Positions 37,420 through 51,698 of a stretch of DNA of 64,000 bases are shown piece after piece. The translations under genes and the position numbers were made by a program. Positions within the stretch are counted from its first letter, which is position 1. Every line of letters begins with the position of its first letter. Below the pieces are notes generated by a model that saw only the letters and a list, made by a program, of their open reading frames with translations, had not been told where the DNA came from and made no database searches. Source of the stretch: Mobula hypostoma (taxonomy: Eukaryota); NCBI RefSeq assembly GCF_963921235.1, contig NC_086108.1, positions 59,212,001-59,276,000 of the forward strand, read 5' to 3'.

Positions 37420-38590
37420 AACAGAAAATGCTGGGGGTACTCAACATGTCTGGTAGTGTCTGTGGAGAGAGAGGAAAATAGAGTTAATATTTCAGGACAA
37501 TGTCACTTTATCGCAATTAGAAAAGTGAGAAAAAGTTGCAGAGAAGAGAAGGATAGGAGGAACAAAGGGGATGCCTGCAAAAAGGAAGAGAACAAGTTTG
37601 TCCAGGTATGATGCTCTCAGAACAAAACAACATACTGGAACTGTAAGATGTAGAATGAAGCACTTGCTGAAATATGAAACAAAAGAGAATAAAACCAAAA
37701 GACCATGTGATAAAGGAGCAGAAGTAGGCCATTCGGCCCATCGAGTCTGCTCTGCCTTTCAATCATGGGCTGATCCAATTCTTCCAGTCATCCCCACTCC
37801 CCTGCCTTCACCCCATACCCTTTGATGCCCTGACTATTGAATATTGGAGATACCCAACAGATTACAGAATCTGTGAAGTAGAAAGCTCAGCTATTCTTAC
37901 AATGGAACTCTCTAGTTCTAATATAAACAGCAAAGACTGGTTATGAGACCATAAGATATAGGAGCAGAATTAGGCCTTTTGGCCTATCAAGTCTGCTCTG
38001 CCATTTCATCATTGCTGATCCAATTTTGGATCATGGAACCCCAGTCTCATTCCTTCTCCCTGTATCCCTTCATGTCCTGACCTATCAAGAATCTGCCTTA
38101 AATATACATAAAGACTTGGCCTCCATAGCTGCCAGTGGCAAAGAATTCCACAGATTCACCAGTCTCTGGCTAAAGAAATTCCTGCTCATCTATGTTATCT
38201 GAAATTGTTAAATTCAATATTAAGGTTTAAGTGTTGCAACTTGCCAACATACTGTATATCATGAGGTACTGTTTCCCAAACTTGCACTGGGCTTCAATGC
38301 AACAGTGTAGGAGGCCAGCCACTGAGAGGCCAGTGTGGGAATGTTATCAGGACGACCTTTGCAGACTTTTACACAGAGAGTGGTGGGTACTGGGAAAACG
38401 TTGCCAGGGCTGGTGGTAGAGGCAGATACATTAGATAAATTTAAGAAATTCTTAGATAGGCACATGGATGAAAGAAAAATGGAAAGATATACGGGAGGAA
38501 AGGGTTAGGTTGATCTTGGAATATGTTAAAGGGTTGGCGCAACATAATGAACCAAAGGGCCTGTACTGTGTTGTATGTTCAATGTTCAGA
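37420..38590. mobile_element. Cluster: old PLE 3' part (-) interrupted by CR1 3' tails at ~37700-37830 (-), ~37945-38190 (-) and ~38360-38590 (+)
   Basis: PLE terminus at 37420-37510 and GIY-YIG remnant at 38200-38345. CR1 tails include gaccataagatataggagcagaattaggcc and FTQRVVGTGKTLPGLVVEADT. Confidence 0.65.
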
Positions 38591-38903
38591 CTGAATGGGG
38601 TTGCTCTGCATAACAGTCATTCAACCTACAATGGATTTCTTCAGTCTCAGGGAGGTCACAATCTGAGCACCAAATGCTGTAGCTTGGCAGAAGAGCAAAT
38701 GAATTGCTGCGTCACCTGGTAGGACTGCCTGGATGCCTGCCTGGTATGAAGGTGCAAAGAAAACGAAAAAATAAATGAACTCCCACAGTTGCACAGTAAA
38801 GTGCAGTGAGAAGGGGAGTGGTTTGTGGAAATGGATGATAAAACCATAAAAATGAAAAGCAAAATAGTCCTTTCAGAAAGGGAAGATGGGGGAAGATAAT
38901 TCT

Positions 38904-39125
38904 AGTGAATGCAGCAGGCCAGGCAGCATCTATAGGAAGAGGTACAGTCGACGTTTCGGGCCGAGACCCTTCGTCAAGACTAACTGAAAGAAGAGATAGT
39001 AAGAGATCTCGGCCCGAAACGTCAACTGTACCTCTTCCTATAGATGCTGCCTGGCTTGCTGCGTTCACCAGCATTTTTTGTGTGTGTTACTTGAATTTCC
39101 AGCATCTGCAGATTTCCTCGTGTTT
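38904..39125. mobile_element. Palindromic mini-Penelope element (222 bp), 14-bp TSD with one mismatch
   Basis: Inverted PLE termini. GGGAAGATAATTCT at 38890-38903 and GGGAAGATAAGTCT at 39126-39139. A whole hammerhead (core C changed to T) lies at 38946-38981 on the minus strand. Confidence 0.9.
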
Positions 39126-39819
39126 GGGAAGATAAGTCTGCTGGTGGAATCTTTTTGAATCTTTGTGTTAGCTTTTCAGCATTCTAGATCTCACCATCCC
39201 AAAATGTTAAATTTCTCCCCTTCACTCATCCATCTTTTAAGTAAATGGAGAAACACTGGGCCATCTGGACAATTTAGATTTTCATCCTATCACTGACATT
39301 TCCTTTGTGCTTTCCACCCCTACATTTTCTCTGTAATTCAAAACATACATTACTTGTTTTCTCACTTTTCCAGTTTTGATAAATGTCATTGATCTTGAAC
39401 ATCAACCCTATCTTTCCATCAGGTGATGCCTGACCTCCTGTGTACTTTCAGGATTTTCTATTTTTATTTCAGATTTCCAGTATCTGCAATATATTTTACT
39501 ATCACAATACCAAGCCTGTAAAGGGCATGGCTTTCAAGATCTTTCAAGACAAGTCGCTTCATTTTTGAAGTCCTTTCTGATGTTGTGTTAGTGGAAACAA
39601 GATATTTTGTGAATTGAAGATGTTAGAGGCAAATGCAGAAAATGCTTATGCAATCCTGGAAGGCAAATAGGAATTAGAGTATTTAAATCAGGTCCAGATT
39701 TGGTCTTAAGAGTTTCAATAATTCACATATTTTGTTGCATAATTTCATAGGTAAGAGCTCTGAAACAACATGTATCAGATTCTGCATTCCTCATGTATAT
39801 AAAAGCACACTGCAGTGAT

Positions 39820-42800
39820 GGAGGGTATTTGTGGGCAGGAGATAGGGGACAGCAGGGAAGCTCAAGGCTTAGGTGATTGGCAGTGATAATGGACTATTTA
39901 GTAAGAAGCACTGATGGGTATTTCTGTGGCCACAAGTGAGATTCCAGGTACCTTGCCTCCCTGGAGCCAGTGATAATGATGTCTCTCAGTGAGTACATGA
40001 CATTCTTAAAGTGGAGGGTAAGCAGTTTGAGATCACAGTCTATATTGGGAGAAATAACATAGACAGGAAGACAGATGATGCCTTGAATAGTGTATATAGG
40101 AAATTAGGGAGAAAATTAAAAAGCAGAACCTCTTGCAATTGCAGAATATTCCTTCTGCCATGTGCAAGTAGGATGATTGAGGGGAAGGCTAAATCAAGTA
40201 AGTCTAAAAGCAAAAGCAGACAGGACAGCCAGAAGGTAACATAGATCAGCAGAGATCCTCACCATCCAGGCCATGTCATCTTTTGCAGCTACCAGTAGGC
40301 AACAGCTACAGAAGCCTTAAGTCCCACAACACCAGGATCCAACCATTTGGTTCTTATATCTATCTGCACAATCCTAATGACTACCTCAGAATCAGATATA
40401 ATACCACTGATGTATGTCATGAAGATTGTTGTTTTGTGACAGCAGTACTGATAAAACATAAAAATGTCTACACATTACAAAAATCTATAAATAGTGCAAA
40501 AGATGAATAATTATCTATGTTCATTGACTCATGGACCATTCAGAAATATGATGGCAGAAGGTGAAAAGCTGTTCTTAAAGCACTGAGTGTGAGACTTCAG
40601 CCTCGTATACCTCCTTCTCAATGGTAGTAACATGAAGAGGGCATGTTCCCAAGGACGATGGATGGTGCCTTCTTGAGGCACTGCCTCTTGAAAATGTCCT
40701 CAGCAGGGGAAAGTTGTGACCACTTTGCACTACAACGTACTTTGTTTCTGTATTCTAATTGTGTCTTTCTTGTATAATTTATGCTCATGTTTTCCTTGTG
40801 ATTGTTGTCTCTCTGGTGCTACATGCCTGCAGCTGTATCATTGGACCTGTAATGCTGCTGCAAGCTTATCATTGCACCTGTAGATACATGTACTTGTGCT
40901 TATGTCAATAAACTTGACTTTGACTTTAACTTTGATAACGAACACAGTGGGCCAGATGATTTGATGTGTTTTATTCTCATTCAAAGAGAATAGCAGATAA
41001 AGCAAATGAACTTAGAACTTGGATTAGTACATGGAAGTACTGTGTTATATTGTTGTCACTGCAGAAACTTGGTTGAGAGAAGGGCAGAGCTAATAGTTCA
41101 TTGTTATAGGGTACAGATTAGTTAGATATGTCAGAGAGGAAGTGCAAAGAGCTGGGGGAACTGCTTTATTGATTAAGAGAGCACCAAGAGAGCACATCTT
41201 TTTGAGGGCTCATCAGCAAGGCCATGTCGATAGAACTCAGGAATCAGAAGGGTGCAGTCATTATGATGGGCTTATACTGTAGGCCTTCCAATAAGTAGCA
41301 AGATTGAGAGGAGCAGATCTGTAGGCAGCTCATGGAGAAAAGTGAAAATAATGCAATTGTACTGGGTGATTTTAACTTCCCTAATAATGACTGTGACAAG
41401 ATGGGGCAGAATCTGTTAGGGTTTCCTGAAACAATGTGTAGAAACTCCAAGTGAGGATAAGATTTTACTAGGTCTTGTATGGGTGAATGAACCTTCTACA
41501 CGATTTAAGTCTTAATTCGGGAGTATTTTCTGAACAGTGACCATAATTCCATAAATTTTAAGATGGTTATGGACAAGTTTGATTCTTAGATGGAAGTGCA
41601 AAATTGGAGGAAGGCTAATTATAATGGAATTAGGCAAGAACTGGAGAAAGTAGATTGGTTCAAAGAATCTACAGTTATTTGAAGGTAATTCCACATCTGA
41701 CATGTGAGAGTTCAGGACCAGCATATTTATGTGAAGATGAAAGTAAGGATGACAAGAGAGATATTGTAAACTCAGTCAAAAAGGAAAAGGAAGCATGGGT
41801 AAGGCTTAGAGTGCTGATATCAGACAAAGCATTTCATGAATATAAAGGATGCTGGTTCACTCACATGGCAGATGCAAATTAATGCAGATAATACTGAAGT
41901 GATATACACTCAGTGGGCCATTTTATTAGATACCTTTTTAGTCTTCATCTGCTGTAGACTGTCCATTTCAAGGATGGACATGCGGATTCAGAGGTGCTCT
42001 TCTACACACCACTGTTGTAACAAGAGGTTATTTGAGTTAATGTGACCTTCCTGTCAGCTTGAACCAGTCTGGCCATTCTCCTCTGACCTCTCTGATGAAC
42101 AAGGTATTTTCACCCATTAATCTGCCACTTACTGGATGTGTTTTTGTTTTTTTTTGCACCATTCTCTATAATTTCTAGAGATGGTTGTGCATGAAATTTG
42201 CAAGAGATTAGCAGTTTTGGAGATACTCAAGCCACCCCATCTGGCACCAATAATCATTTCACAGTCAAAGTCACTTAGATCACATTGCTTTATCATTATG
42301 ATGTACAGTCTGAACAAACATGGATCCTTTTGACCATGACTGCATGCTTTTATGCATTGAGTTGATGCCACATGCTTGACTGATCAGATATCTGCATTAA
42401 TGAACAGGTGTACAGGCAAATCAAATAAGGCGAGTGTATTTTGGTAGAACCAATGATGAAAGGCACAGTAAAAAAAATAATGAAATTTTATAGGGATATA
42501 CTGTAAGAGAGAGATCTAGAAATTCTACTACAAGATAAGATAAGAAAGCTATAGTAGAAGTGTATGGGATCCTTGGTTTTATAAATAAAGTAAGTTAGTT
42601 ATGCTCACATTGATTAGTTGTCAAGAGTACTGCTTTTAATTCTTGGGACTACACTTTAGGGAGGATGCTGAGAAGATTTACTACAATTATGCCAGACGGG
42701 AGTGATTCACTTTAATGGAAAGAATGGCAAAAGGAACTTCTCCTTACAGCAGAGAAGATTAGAAAGGGAGTACTCAAGATCATGAATGTTGATGTAAATA

Positions 42801-43090
42801 ATAATAAACTATTTCCTCTGAATGTAAAGTGGTAACTAAAGGACACAGGTAGAAAATGATTGACAATGCAATTGGAAGTGAAATGAGGAAAAATTCTTCT
42901 TTATGGTAATTGTGATCTGAAAGGACGGTCGAAGCTAATTCAACAGCAATGTTCAAAAGGGAACTGAAAAAATAATTGACAGGGAGAAGATTTGAACATT
43001 ATTAGAAATGGTCATGAGAGTTACAATGGAAGAATACTTAAGTGATGGTGCAAACCAAGGGCTGATTGGCCTTGTTGACTGCTGTGTTCC
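39820..43090 (+). mobile_element. Old fragmented CR1 (ORF1 esterase 39820-40170, endonuclease ~40975-41560, RT C-terminus to ~43090) with nested Rex1 tails and a Tc1
   Basis: Degenerate CLPGA, VYIGRNNI..RKLGRKLKSRTS, ETWL, GDFN, SDHN and WQMQINADNTEVIYFGR. Rex1 tails lie at ~40250-40935. Confidence 0.65.
41907..42436 (-). mobile_element. Tc1-like DNA transposon deletion derivative (530 bp), TA TSD
   Basis: TA|CACTCAGTGG...GAGTG|TA termini. The minus strand encodes a transposase N-terminal HTH (CDLSDFDCEMIIGARWGGLSISKTANLLQISCTTISRNYREWC). Removing it restores the CR1 text EVIYFGRTN. Confidence 0.85.
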
Positions 43091-46000
43091 TTTTCAAAAT
43101 GCCTATAGCCTGATACCCTTCCATACAAAGCTTTTTATAACTAGAATTCAACCTAACTCAGTAAGTACCCTCTTCCAGTGAATCAGCTGGCTGTGGATTT
43201 AAGCCCTACCACAGACATAATCAATGTAGCACAAAAGCATTGCTGTATTATTAAAGTTGCCATTTTCTGCCAAGGCATCATCTATCATGCCACTGTCCAC
43301 AGAAAAGCAGAGGATATTTCCTAATGACTTACATTTATCTCCCAAACAATACCAGCAGAACAGACTCAGAAGGCATTATTGATATTGCCCTCCAAAAACC
43401 TGGTTGCTATGTTTGATGGTGGAGGTACTGTGTGAATTCAAATTCTTTCTTTTTAGAACATATAATGTAGAACAGCACAGCACAGGAACAGGCAGTTCAG
43501 CCCAAGGTATTTGTGTTGAGCATGATGACAAATTAGACTAAGTCTCTACTGCTGCACGTGATCCATAATCAGAATCAGACCTAGGTTTAACATCACCAGC
43601 ATACATTGTGAAGTTGGTTGTCATGCAGCAGCAGTATATTGCAATACATAATAATAAAAATTAAATAAGTAGTGCAAAATAAAAATGGTGAATATGCAGG
43701 AAGGGATGTGGTGTTCATGGGTTCAGTGTCCATCTAGAAATCTCATTGCAGAGGGGAAGAAGCTGTTCCTGAATCACAGAGTGCGTGCCTCCATTTCCTA
43801 CATATTCATGTGTCTATCTAAAAGCCCCTTAAACACCATTATTGCAACTGCTTCCACTATTATTTCAGCAGCCTATTCCAGCCAGTCTGAAACATCTTCC
43901 ATTCCCCTTCCTCTTGGTACCATGCATCAACTAAATATAAAATAACAATAGACTTCACAAATGAACAGCTTTATGCTCTACAAAGGATGAGTTGAAGTCT
44001 CTGATTGATTGTGATTCAGCAAATGAGATGGTGTTTTTAGTATTATGTTTGTGCTGTCTGAACATTGTGGTTCCAGTGATGTGATGATGCCTATACTTTG
44101 TGAGAAACTGTAAGTTGTTTTACTTAGGTTTGGAAAGAAGTAGGGAACATTTTCCATAGTCAAGGTGGGTAGGAGTATTAAGGAGTGGATCAGGAAGTCT
44201 AGCGCTTTGGGAGGGAATATCTAGGAGTTATGGACAAAATAATACAGTATAACTTAATCTAATATTGCAATGGCATCCAACTTGCAATTTTCATGAAAAA
44301 TGGACATTCTAGTAGAATAAATGCAACAGAATTATGCCCTGGTTCCCAGCTTCATTTGACAGGAAGGCAGGTTAGAGGTTTGTGAAAACATTGCAGAATT
44401 AATTATTTAACCTCTAATTCTTTTTAGCAAGTTACAATACTGGCAGTTCAGTCTTGATGAATTAATGTTAAAACATGAGTTCAGAAATGCTGCTAACATT
44501 CTTCTTATACTTTCCAATAAAAGTCCATTTCTACTTATTCAATCAGCATGTCAATGGCCAAGATAAGATATAATACATTGCCTAGCAAAGAACTGCTTTA
44601 TCTTCCGAATGACTAAGAGGAATGTTACAAGAGATCTGTTAGTACACACATATATCATGTGTGTATCAAAGTGAAATCCACCACTGAGCTTATTCAAGTT
44701 TAAATACCAGCCGATGCCAAAACTTATACTCAATCCTGGAATGGAAACTCAATAATCTGCTGTCAGAACTAGGCCACCATCTGTATACAAAACTAAAGAA
44801 TGTTCTCTTACCATTTACAGCTCCAACACAAATATACTGAAAGCACAGACTAATTTCACTATTAAAACACTATTAAAGAGAGACAGAATAAAAGAATCTC
44901 CTTTCCTCATCCCTAATTGAAAATAAGGCATTTACAAACACAGGAGTAGAATTTCTGCAGGATTTCTTCCAATTTCCTACCACACTTTGGCAGTAACCTT
45001 GGAGAAATTAAATATTCAGCCGTTTGTTCAGATTTCTATCATTCTGCCAAGTTACAGTGTGAGACTGGTGAAACCCCTGTGAACATTTCACTTCATTACC
45101 TATTTACAGAATAATCTGATCATGTAAGAACATTTGAAAATTAAAAGATATCTGTGAGTCAATATAGAGCTATAAATTAAGCTCATATTGCATGTGTAAA
45201 ACCTTTTAAGAAAAATACATAATAACTATTCATTTTCTGCTTTTATGATCAAAATTACATTAGGCATTTGGCTTCAAGTGTAAGTATGTGTTCATGTAAT
45301 GCATGATTATATGATGTGAGATATAGATGCAGGATTTTGTTATGATTTGACCTCTCTGTGCAATGGTATGGAAAATCTCAACCATGATGCAACTTGATTC
45401 TGCTGGCACTGTAAAATGACAGCATGTGGTTGTCAGGAGGACAGGATTTATCAGTCTTGATGCCTATCAAAGTTGAACAGCTTGGTATCTTTGAATTCAA
45501 ACTGAGATGTCTCAGGATAGCCACCTCTGCATAATCCATTGTAGAAGAAAAGTGACTAGATAACTAAAAGGTAGACTTAACAAGAGGCAGAACATACTGT
45601 GGAGGCACAATCTGTTACTGGCAGGGCTGACAGCTAAGAGCACTGTACTATTATGTAAACATTAATGACTGGATTTGAATGAGAACAGTTAGTTCTCAGT
45701 TAATCTTGATGCATAATGCACTTGCAGCTGAATGGAGAACGAGATGGTATAGTCAAATATCTCTGAATATCAAATATTTATGAGAACATTGGAATTACAG
45801 AACCCCTTTGACAGGAGGTGAAGCTCCACCCTTAGTTATGCCGAGCCTCAGGAGTCTGCTACCTTGCAATGTCTCATCACCTGAGTTTCAGGTGCAGACG
45901 GTCAGCCAGACCAGTCCCCTAAGTCCATCTTAGGGAGTGAAGGTCAGCAGAACCAGAGGCAATGACTTCTAGTCATGAACAGTTTTAGAGAGACCTGGCC

Positions 46001-47839
46001 TGAAGCTCAAATGGCTCTGCAGAAGAAACAATATTGATGCAGAACAGATGCAATATAACAAAGTAATTGGTGGGCTGTGCAAAGGATTTACTGATGGATG
46101 TTGACTATTTAAAATCCAAAGCAATGTCTACACTCAGAAGAAATTTTAAAAGAAACCCCATAGACTCCCTGTAATTAATAATAAATGAGAACTGTAAATT
46201 CTGCAATGAAAATAATTTTTAAAAATGATTGTATGACAAATATGTATCTGCACTGTATATTTGAAATTCAGGACAAAGCCCTCAGCTGCATAATAATTTA
46301 ACCATTTTCAACTTTGTAATTTATTAATGAAGAGAGGCATTGACATCCAATCAATTATAATTGTTTTTATTTCCATAGAGTAATGGATAACTTAAACTCT
46401 GCCAGCAACATCATTATAAGAAAGGCATTTGTCATGGGTTAGTGTTTTTAATGAGGGACAACTACATACAGTATAACTTAATAGAAAGGTACGTTTTTTG
46501 TAACGTAGAATTTTATCTTGATCTATTGATTGTGGAGTTTTTCACCTATGTGATGTCTCCATATAATCTACTGAAAGTTTCTTGCGACCAATTTTTGTCT
46601 GGTAGCATAATCCACTTGCTGTCCAGAGTAACCAGTGGCAGCATATCAAAATAGAAGGTATAGACATCTCTTTAACTTTTTTTTTACTCTACCTTGCTCT
46701 CACAAAAGGTCAAAAATCTTGAACATTATTTAATCTTTCCTCTACAAATGATGACTGAAATATTGTTTATCTCTGAGATTTCCTATTTTTAATTCAAATT
46801 TCCAGTGACTGTATTTTTTTCACTTACAAATTATTTTGACTTAAACAATGTTAATTTTATTGATTGTTGTTGTAACTGCATTCATATAGAGATTCATGAG
46901 AGTTTCCATCACTCTAGTATTTATACCAAAAACAGAAGAAGTTGAAAATATTCAGCAAATCAAGCTCCATCTGTGGGAAGAGAAACAAAGTCACTGTTTC
47001 AAATGAGAGAATCTTCGTTAGAATGTCAGATTTGTATTAGTAGTTATGCTTTGCAGGTAATGGAAATGCATTAAGGAGTCTAGAATAGATCACTCAAAGC
47101 CACTGGCCTGTTCTTACAGTCAAAATATTTAATAGCGATTAATTTAATTTTATAGTCAATATTGACATACCCTTCACCCTTTTGCTGTCTTGCCATCACC
47201 TAACTAGGATAGTGACAGTAGGAGATTTGGCTCTGTTGCTCAACGTCAACCATACAGACAACCCTGAATTTAAATGGTGTCTGCACAAAGGGATGTGTGC
47301 ACATGCAACTTAAGCTGGAGTAGAATGACGTGCTGCAGTAGAGTGGTAGGGGTTGGAGAAGTATATGCACCAGGGTATTGCACATCAGTCATAATATTCC
47401 GATTATTTATGAAATTCAGCATTGAATCCAGGGACTAGGAGAGGGCAATTCTTCTGCTGACTCCTGCAGCTATCTCCAGGCATTCATTAGCATTAGATGC
47501 AGGATTTGTCCTACGGTCACCTTTGAAGATGTCAGCCCTGAGTTTCCCTGCAGCCCAGCCTCAGCATTACAGCCGATAGATCAGGAGGGATATCAGCACA
47601 ATTGTTATCCATTCCCTTTTTCCAACTCCACAAATGGCAACTTTGGGGACCATCAAAAACAATGAATACCATTTGTATTTATATTCCTGGCCTGGAAGAG
47701 GGCTATGTACTAGGGAAATTCTAGGCAGTTTCTAGAGTAGGTTACATCATCAGCACAACATTGTGGGCCGAAGGGCCTGTAATGTGCTGTAGATTTCTAT
47801 GAAACTGATTGATGTAATTTGCCTTCACCCAAGCTGTAT

Positions 47840-50618
47840 GTATGGATCAGACCTGGGAATTGAATGTACAAGGGTATACGTGCTATCGAAGGGACAGAAA
47901 GGTGGGCAGAGGGGGTGGGGTGGACCTGTTGGTGAGGAATGAGATTCAGTCCCTTGCAAGGGAGGACATAGAATCAGGAGAAGTAGAGTCAGTGTGGATA
48001 GAACTGAGGAACAGTAAGGGCAAAAAGACCCTAATAGGTGTTACCTACAGGCCCCCAAACAGTAGCATGGATATTGGGTGCAAGTTGAATAGGGAGTTAA
48101 CAATGGCATGTGGCAAAGGAAATGTCGCAGTAGTTATGGGGGATTTTAACATGCAGGTGAACTGGGAAAATCAGGTTGGTACTGGACCCCAGGATAGGGA
48201 GTTTGTAGAGTGCCTACGGGATGCATTTTTGGAGCAGCTTGTACGAGAGCCGACCAGGGATAAGGCTATTCTGGATTTAGTGTTGTGCAATGAATAGGAT
48301 TTGATGTGATCTTGAAGTAAAGGAGCGATTAGGAGGTAGTGACCATAATATGTTAAGTTTTTATCTGCAAGTTGAGAGGGATAAGGGCAGATCAGAAGTG
48401 TCAGTATTGCAGTTGAACAAAGGAGACTATGGAGCCATGAGGGAGGAGCTGGCCAAAGTTGACTGGTCGGATGTCCTAGCAGAAAAGACAGTGGAACAGC
48501 AATGGCAGGTATTCTTGGGAATAATGCACAAGGTGCAAAATCAGTTCATCCTCCGGAGAAGGAAGGATTCAAAGGGGAGAAAGTGGCCACAGTGGTTGAC
48601 AAAGGAAGTCAGAGATAGCATAGCATTAAAAAAGAAGTATAACAGAGCTAAGGTGAGTGGGAAGATGAATGATTGGGAAATTTTTAAGGAGCAACAGAAC
48701 TTAACTAAAAAGGCAATACGGGGAGAAAAAATGAGGTATGAACGCAAGCTAGCTAGGAATATAAAGGAGGATAGCAAAAGTTTTTTTAGGCAGGTGAAGA
48801 GAAGGAAGATAGTTAAGAACAATGTTGGGCCCTTGAAGAATGAATTGGGGGAAATTGTTATGGGAAACAGAGAAATGGCAGACGAATTTAATAAGTACTT
48901 TGGATCTGTCTTCACTAGGGAAGACACAAGCAATCTCCCAGATGTAGGGATGGGCCAAGGACATAGGGTAACAGAGGAACTGAAACAGATCGACATTAGG
49001 AAGGAAACAGTGATGAGTAGACTGATGGGACTGAAGGCTAACAAATCCCCAGGTCCAGATGGTCTGCATCCTAGGGTACTAAAGGAGGTGGCTCTGGAAA
49101 TTGCGGATGCATTGGTGATCATTTTCCAATGTTCCTTAGATTCAGGATCAGTTCCTGAGGATTGGTGAATGGCTAATGTTATCCCACTTTTTAAGAAAGG
49201 AGGGAGGGAGAAAACAGAGAACTATCGCCCTGTTAACCTAACATCAGTAGTGGGGAAGATGCTAGTGTCCATTACTAAAGATGAAATAGCAGCATATCTT
49301 GACAGCAGTGATAAGATTGGGCCGAGCCAGCATGGATTTACCAAGGGCAAATCATGCTTGACGAATCTATTGGAGTTTTTCGAGGATGTAACTAGGAAGA
49401 TAGAAGTGGGAGATCCAGTGGATGTGGTCTACCTTGACTTTCAGAAGGCATTTGATAAGGTACCGCATAGGGATTGGTGGGTAAAATCAGAGCTCATGGC
49501 ATTGGGGGGAGGATATTGACATGGATAGAAAACTGGTTGGCAGATAGAAAGCAAAGGATAGCAGTCAATGGGTGTTTCTCGGAATGGCAGGTGGTGACTA
49601 GTGGGGTGCCACAGGGCTCGGTATTGGGACCACAGCTGTTTACGATTTACGTCAATGACTTAGAGGAAGGCATTGTGAATAACATCAGCAAGTTTGCTGA
49701 TGATACTAAGCTAGGTGGCAGTGTGACATGTGATGAGGATGTTAGGAGAATTCAAGGTGACTTGGATAGGCTGGGTGAGTGGGCAGAAAGTTGGCAGATG
49801 GCGTTTATTGTGAATAAGTGTGAGGTTATTCACTTTGGGAGCAAGAACAGGAAGGCAGATTATTATCTGAATGGTGTGGAGTTAGGTAAGGGAGAAATAC
49901 AAAGAGATCTAGGAGTACTTGCTCATCAGTCTCTGAAGGTGAATGAGCAAGTGCGGCAGGCAGTGAATAAGGCTAATGGAATGTTGGCCTTTATTACAAA
50001 GGGAATGGAGTACAAGAGCAAGGAAATCCTTTTGTATTTGTACAGGGCCCTGGTGAGACCACACCTTGTGTATTGTGTGCAGTTTTGGTCTCCAGGGTTA
50101 AGGAAGGACATCCTGGCTGTGGAGGAGGTGCAGCATAGGTTCACTAGGTTAATTCCTGGGCTGTCCGGACTGTCTTACGCAGAGAGGTTAGAGAGACTGG
50201 GCTTGTACACGCTGAAATTAAGGAGATGAGGGGGGATCTGATTGAGACATATAAGATTATTAAGAGATTGGACAGGATAGAGGCAGGAAATATGTTCCAG
50301 ATGCTGGGAGAGTCCAGTACCAGAGGGCATGGTTTAAGAATAAGGGGTAGGTCATTTAGGACAGAGTTGAGGAGGAACTTCTTCTCCCAGAGAGTTGTGG
50401 AGGTGTGGAATGCGCTGCCTCAGAAGGCAGTGGAGGCCAATTCTCTGGATGCTTTCAAGAAGGAGCTAGATAGGTATCTTATGGATAGGGGAATCAAGGG
50501 TTATGGGGACAAGGCAGGAACCGGGTATTGATAGTAGATGATCAGCCATGATCTCTGAATGGCGGTGCAGGCTCGAAGGGCCGAATGGTCTACTTCTGCA
50601 CCTATTGTCTATTGTCTA
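47840..50618 (+). mobile_element. CR1 LINE, family B, 5'-truncated ORF2 with stops and frameshifts
   Basis: ORFs 47842-50531 carry APE (YRPPNS, GDFN) and RT (PQGSVLGP, KFADD) motifs, with a (CTATTGT)n tail at ~50601-50618. Confidence 0.95.
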
Positions 50619-51289
50619 ATTGGTCAGACAATCCTGAACTAATACGAACGTATATTAACCAAGAAGCTAAGGAGGCTGAGTCAAATCCCCTTCAATAAAA
50701 CTGTTAAAATAAAGCTTTGCCTGCCTATTAAGAAGTAGAGCCTGCTCCCAGTGTATCAGTAAGTTAAAATTGCCCTTTGAAATTAATTTTTGTTATGGCA
50801 AGCTGTGAAATTAAAGAAAAAAGTGTGTGTGGTTTTAATGTTGATGCAAACGTTTTATGATCATTCGGAATGAGTACACAAAAAAGGGTAGAGCCATCAG
50901 AAAGTCCAGTGTGTTTTAAAGGTTTGATGAAAGAACTGGCCCAAGGAATGTTTTATACCATCACCAGAAAATTCCAATCATACTTTGAGACATGTCTGGG
51001 ATGTTTTTAAGTCATCCTGGGAATCCTGCAAAACAGCGGTGGTCTGTCCATTTGTCTTTGCCACTAACTTGTTCCACATGGCTTCCGGCTCTATTTTCGG
51101 GCCTCCCAGTTTGGACCACCGAGGATCCCGAGTACTTGCGTTCGATTGAATGTTTCTCCCGTCAATTCTCCCTCCAAATTCTATGCCTGACTATCTCTGT
51201 TATATTGAAATACCTGTGGGCCCTGTCTCAGTCTCTGCCACAGCTCAGGATCTCTTTTTCCTCCACCTGCCATGGACCTCACTGACATT

Positions 51290-51698
51290 TCACTCTCTGG
51301 CAGATCTAGGGCAGAATGTCTTGTCCAGAGCAGGGGTCTTACTTGTATTCCCCTTCGCCTACACCTCAATGAGTTCTGCACCCAGCATGCTGTTAAGCTC
51401 TTTTTCTGTTGTCTCTGTCTCCTAGCTCACCTCTATGGCAGGAATTCCCCACTCTGCACTGATGACCATTTCTGACACCTCTTTGCTCTTTCTCAATCTC
51501 TCTGTCTCCATCTCCGGAGACAAACTGTTTACCAACATCTTTTATAAATCTACTGATAGCCATGGCTACCTTCACTATACCTCTTCCCACTTTATCTCCA
51601 GTAAAAAATGCTATTCCAATTTCTCAGTTCTTTTGTCTCTGCTGCGTATCCTAGGATGAGACTTTTCTTTCCAGGACATCAGTGATATCCTCCTTCTT
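51290..51698 (+). mobile_element. Penelope-like RT fragment
   Basis: TISDTSLLFLNLSVSISGDKLFTNIFYKSTDSHGYLHYTSSH is homologous to 58560-58690. Confidence 0.75.
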
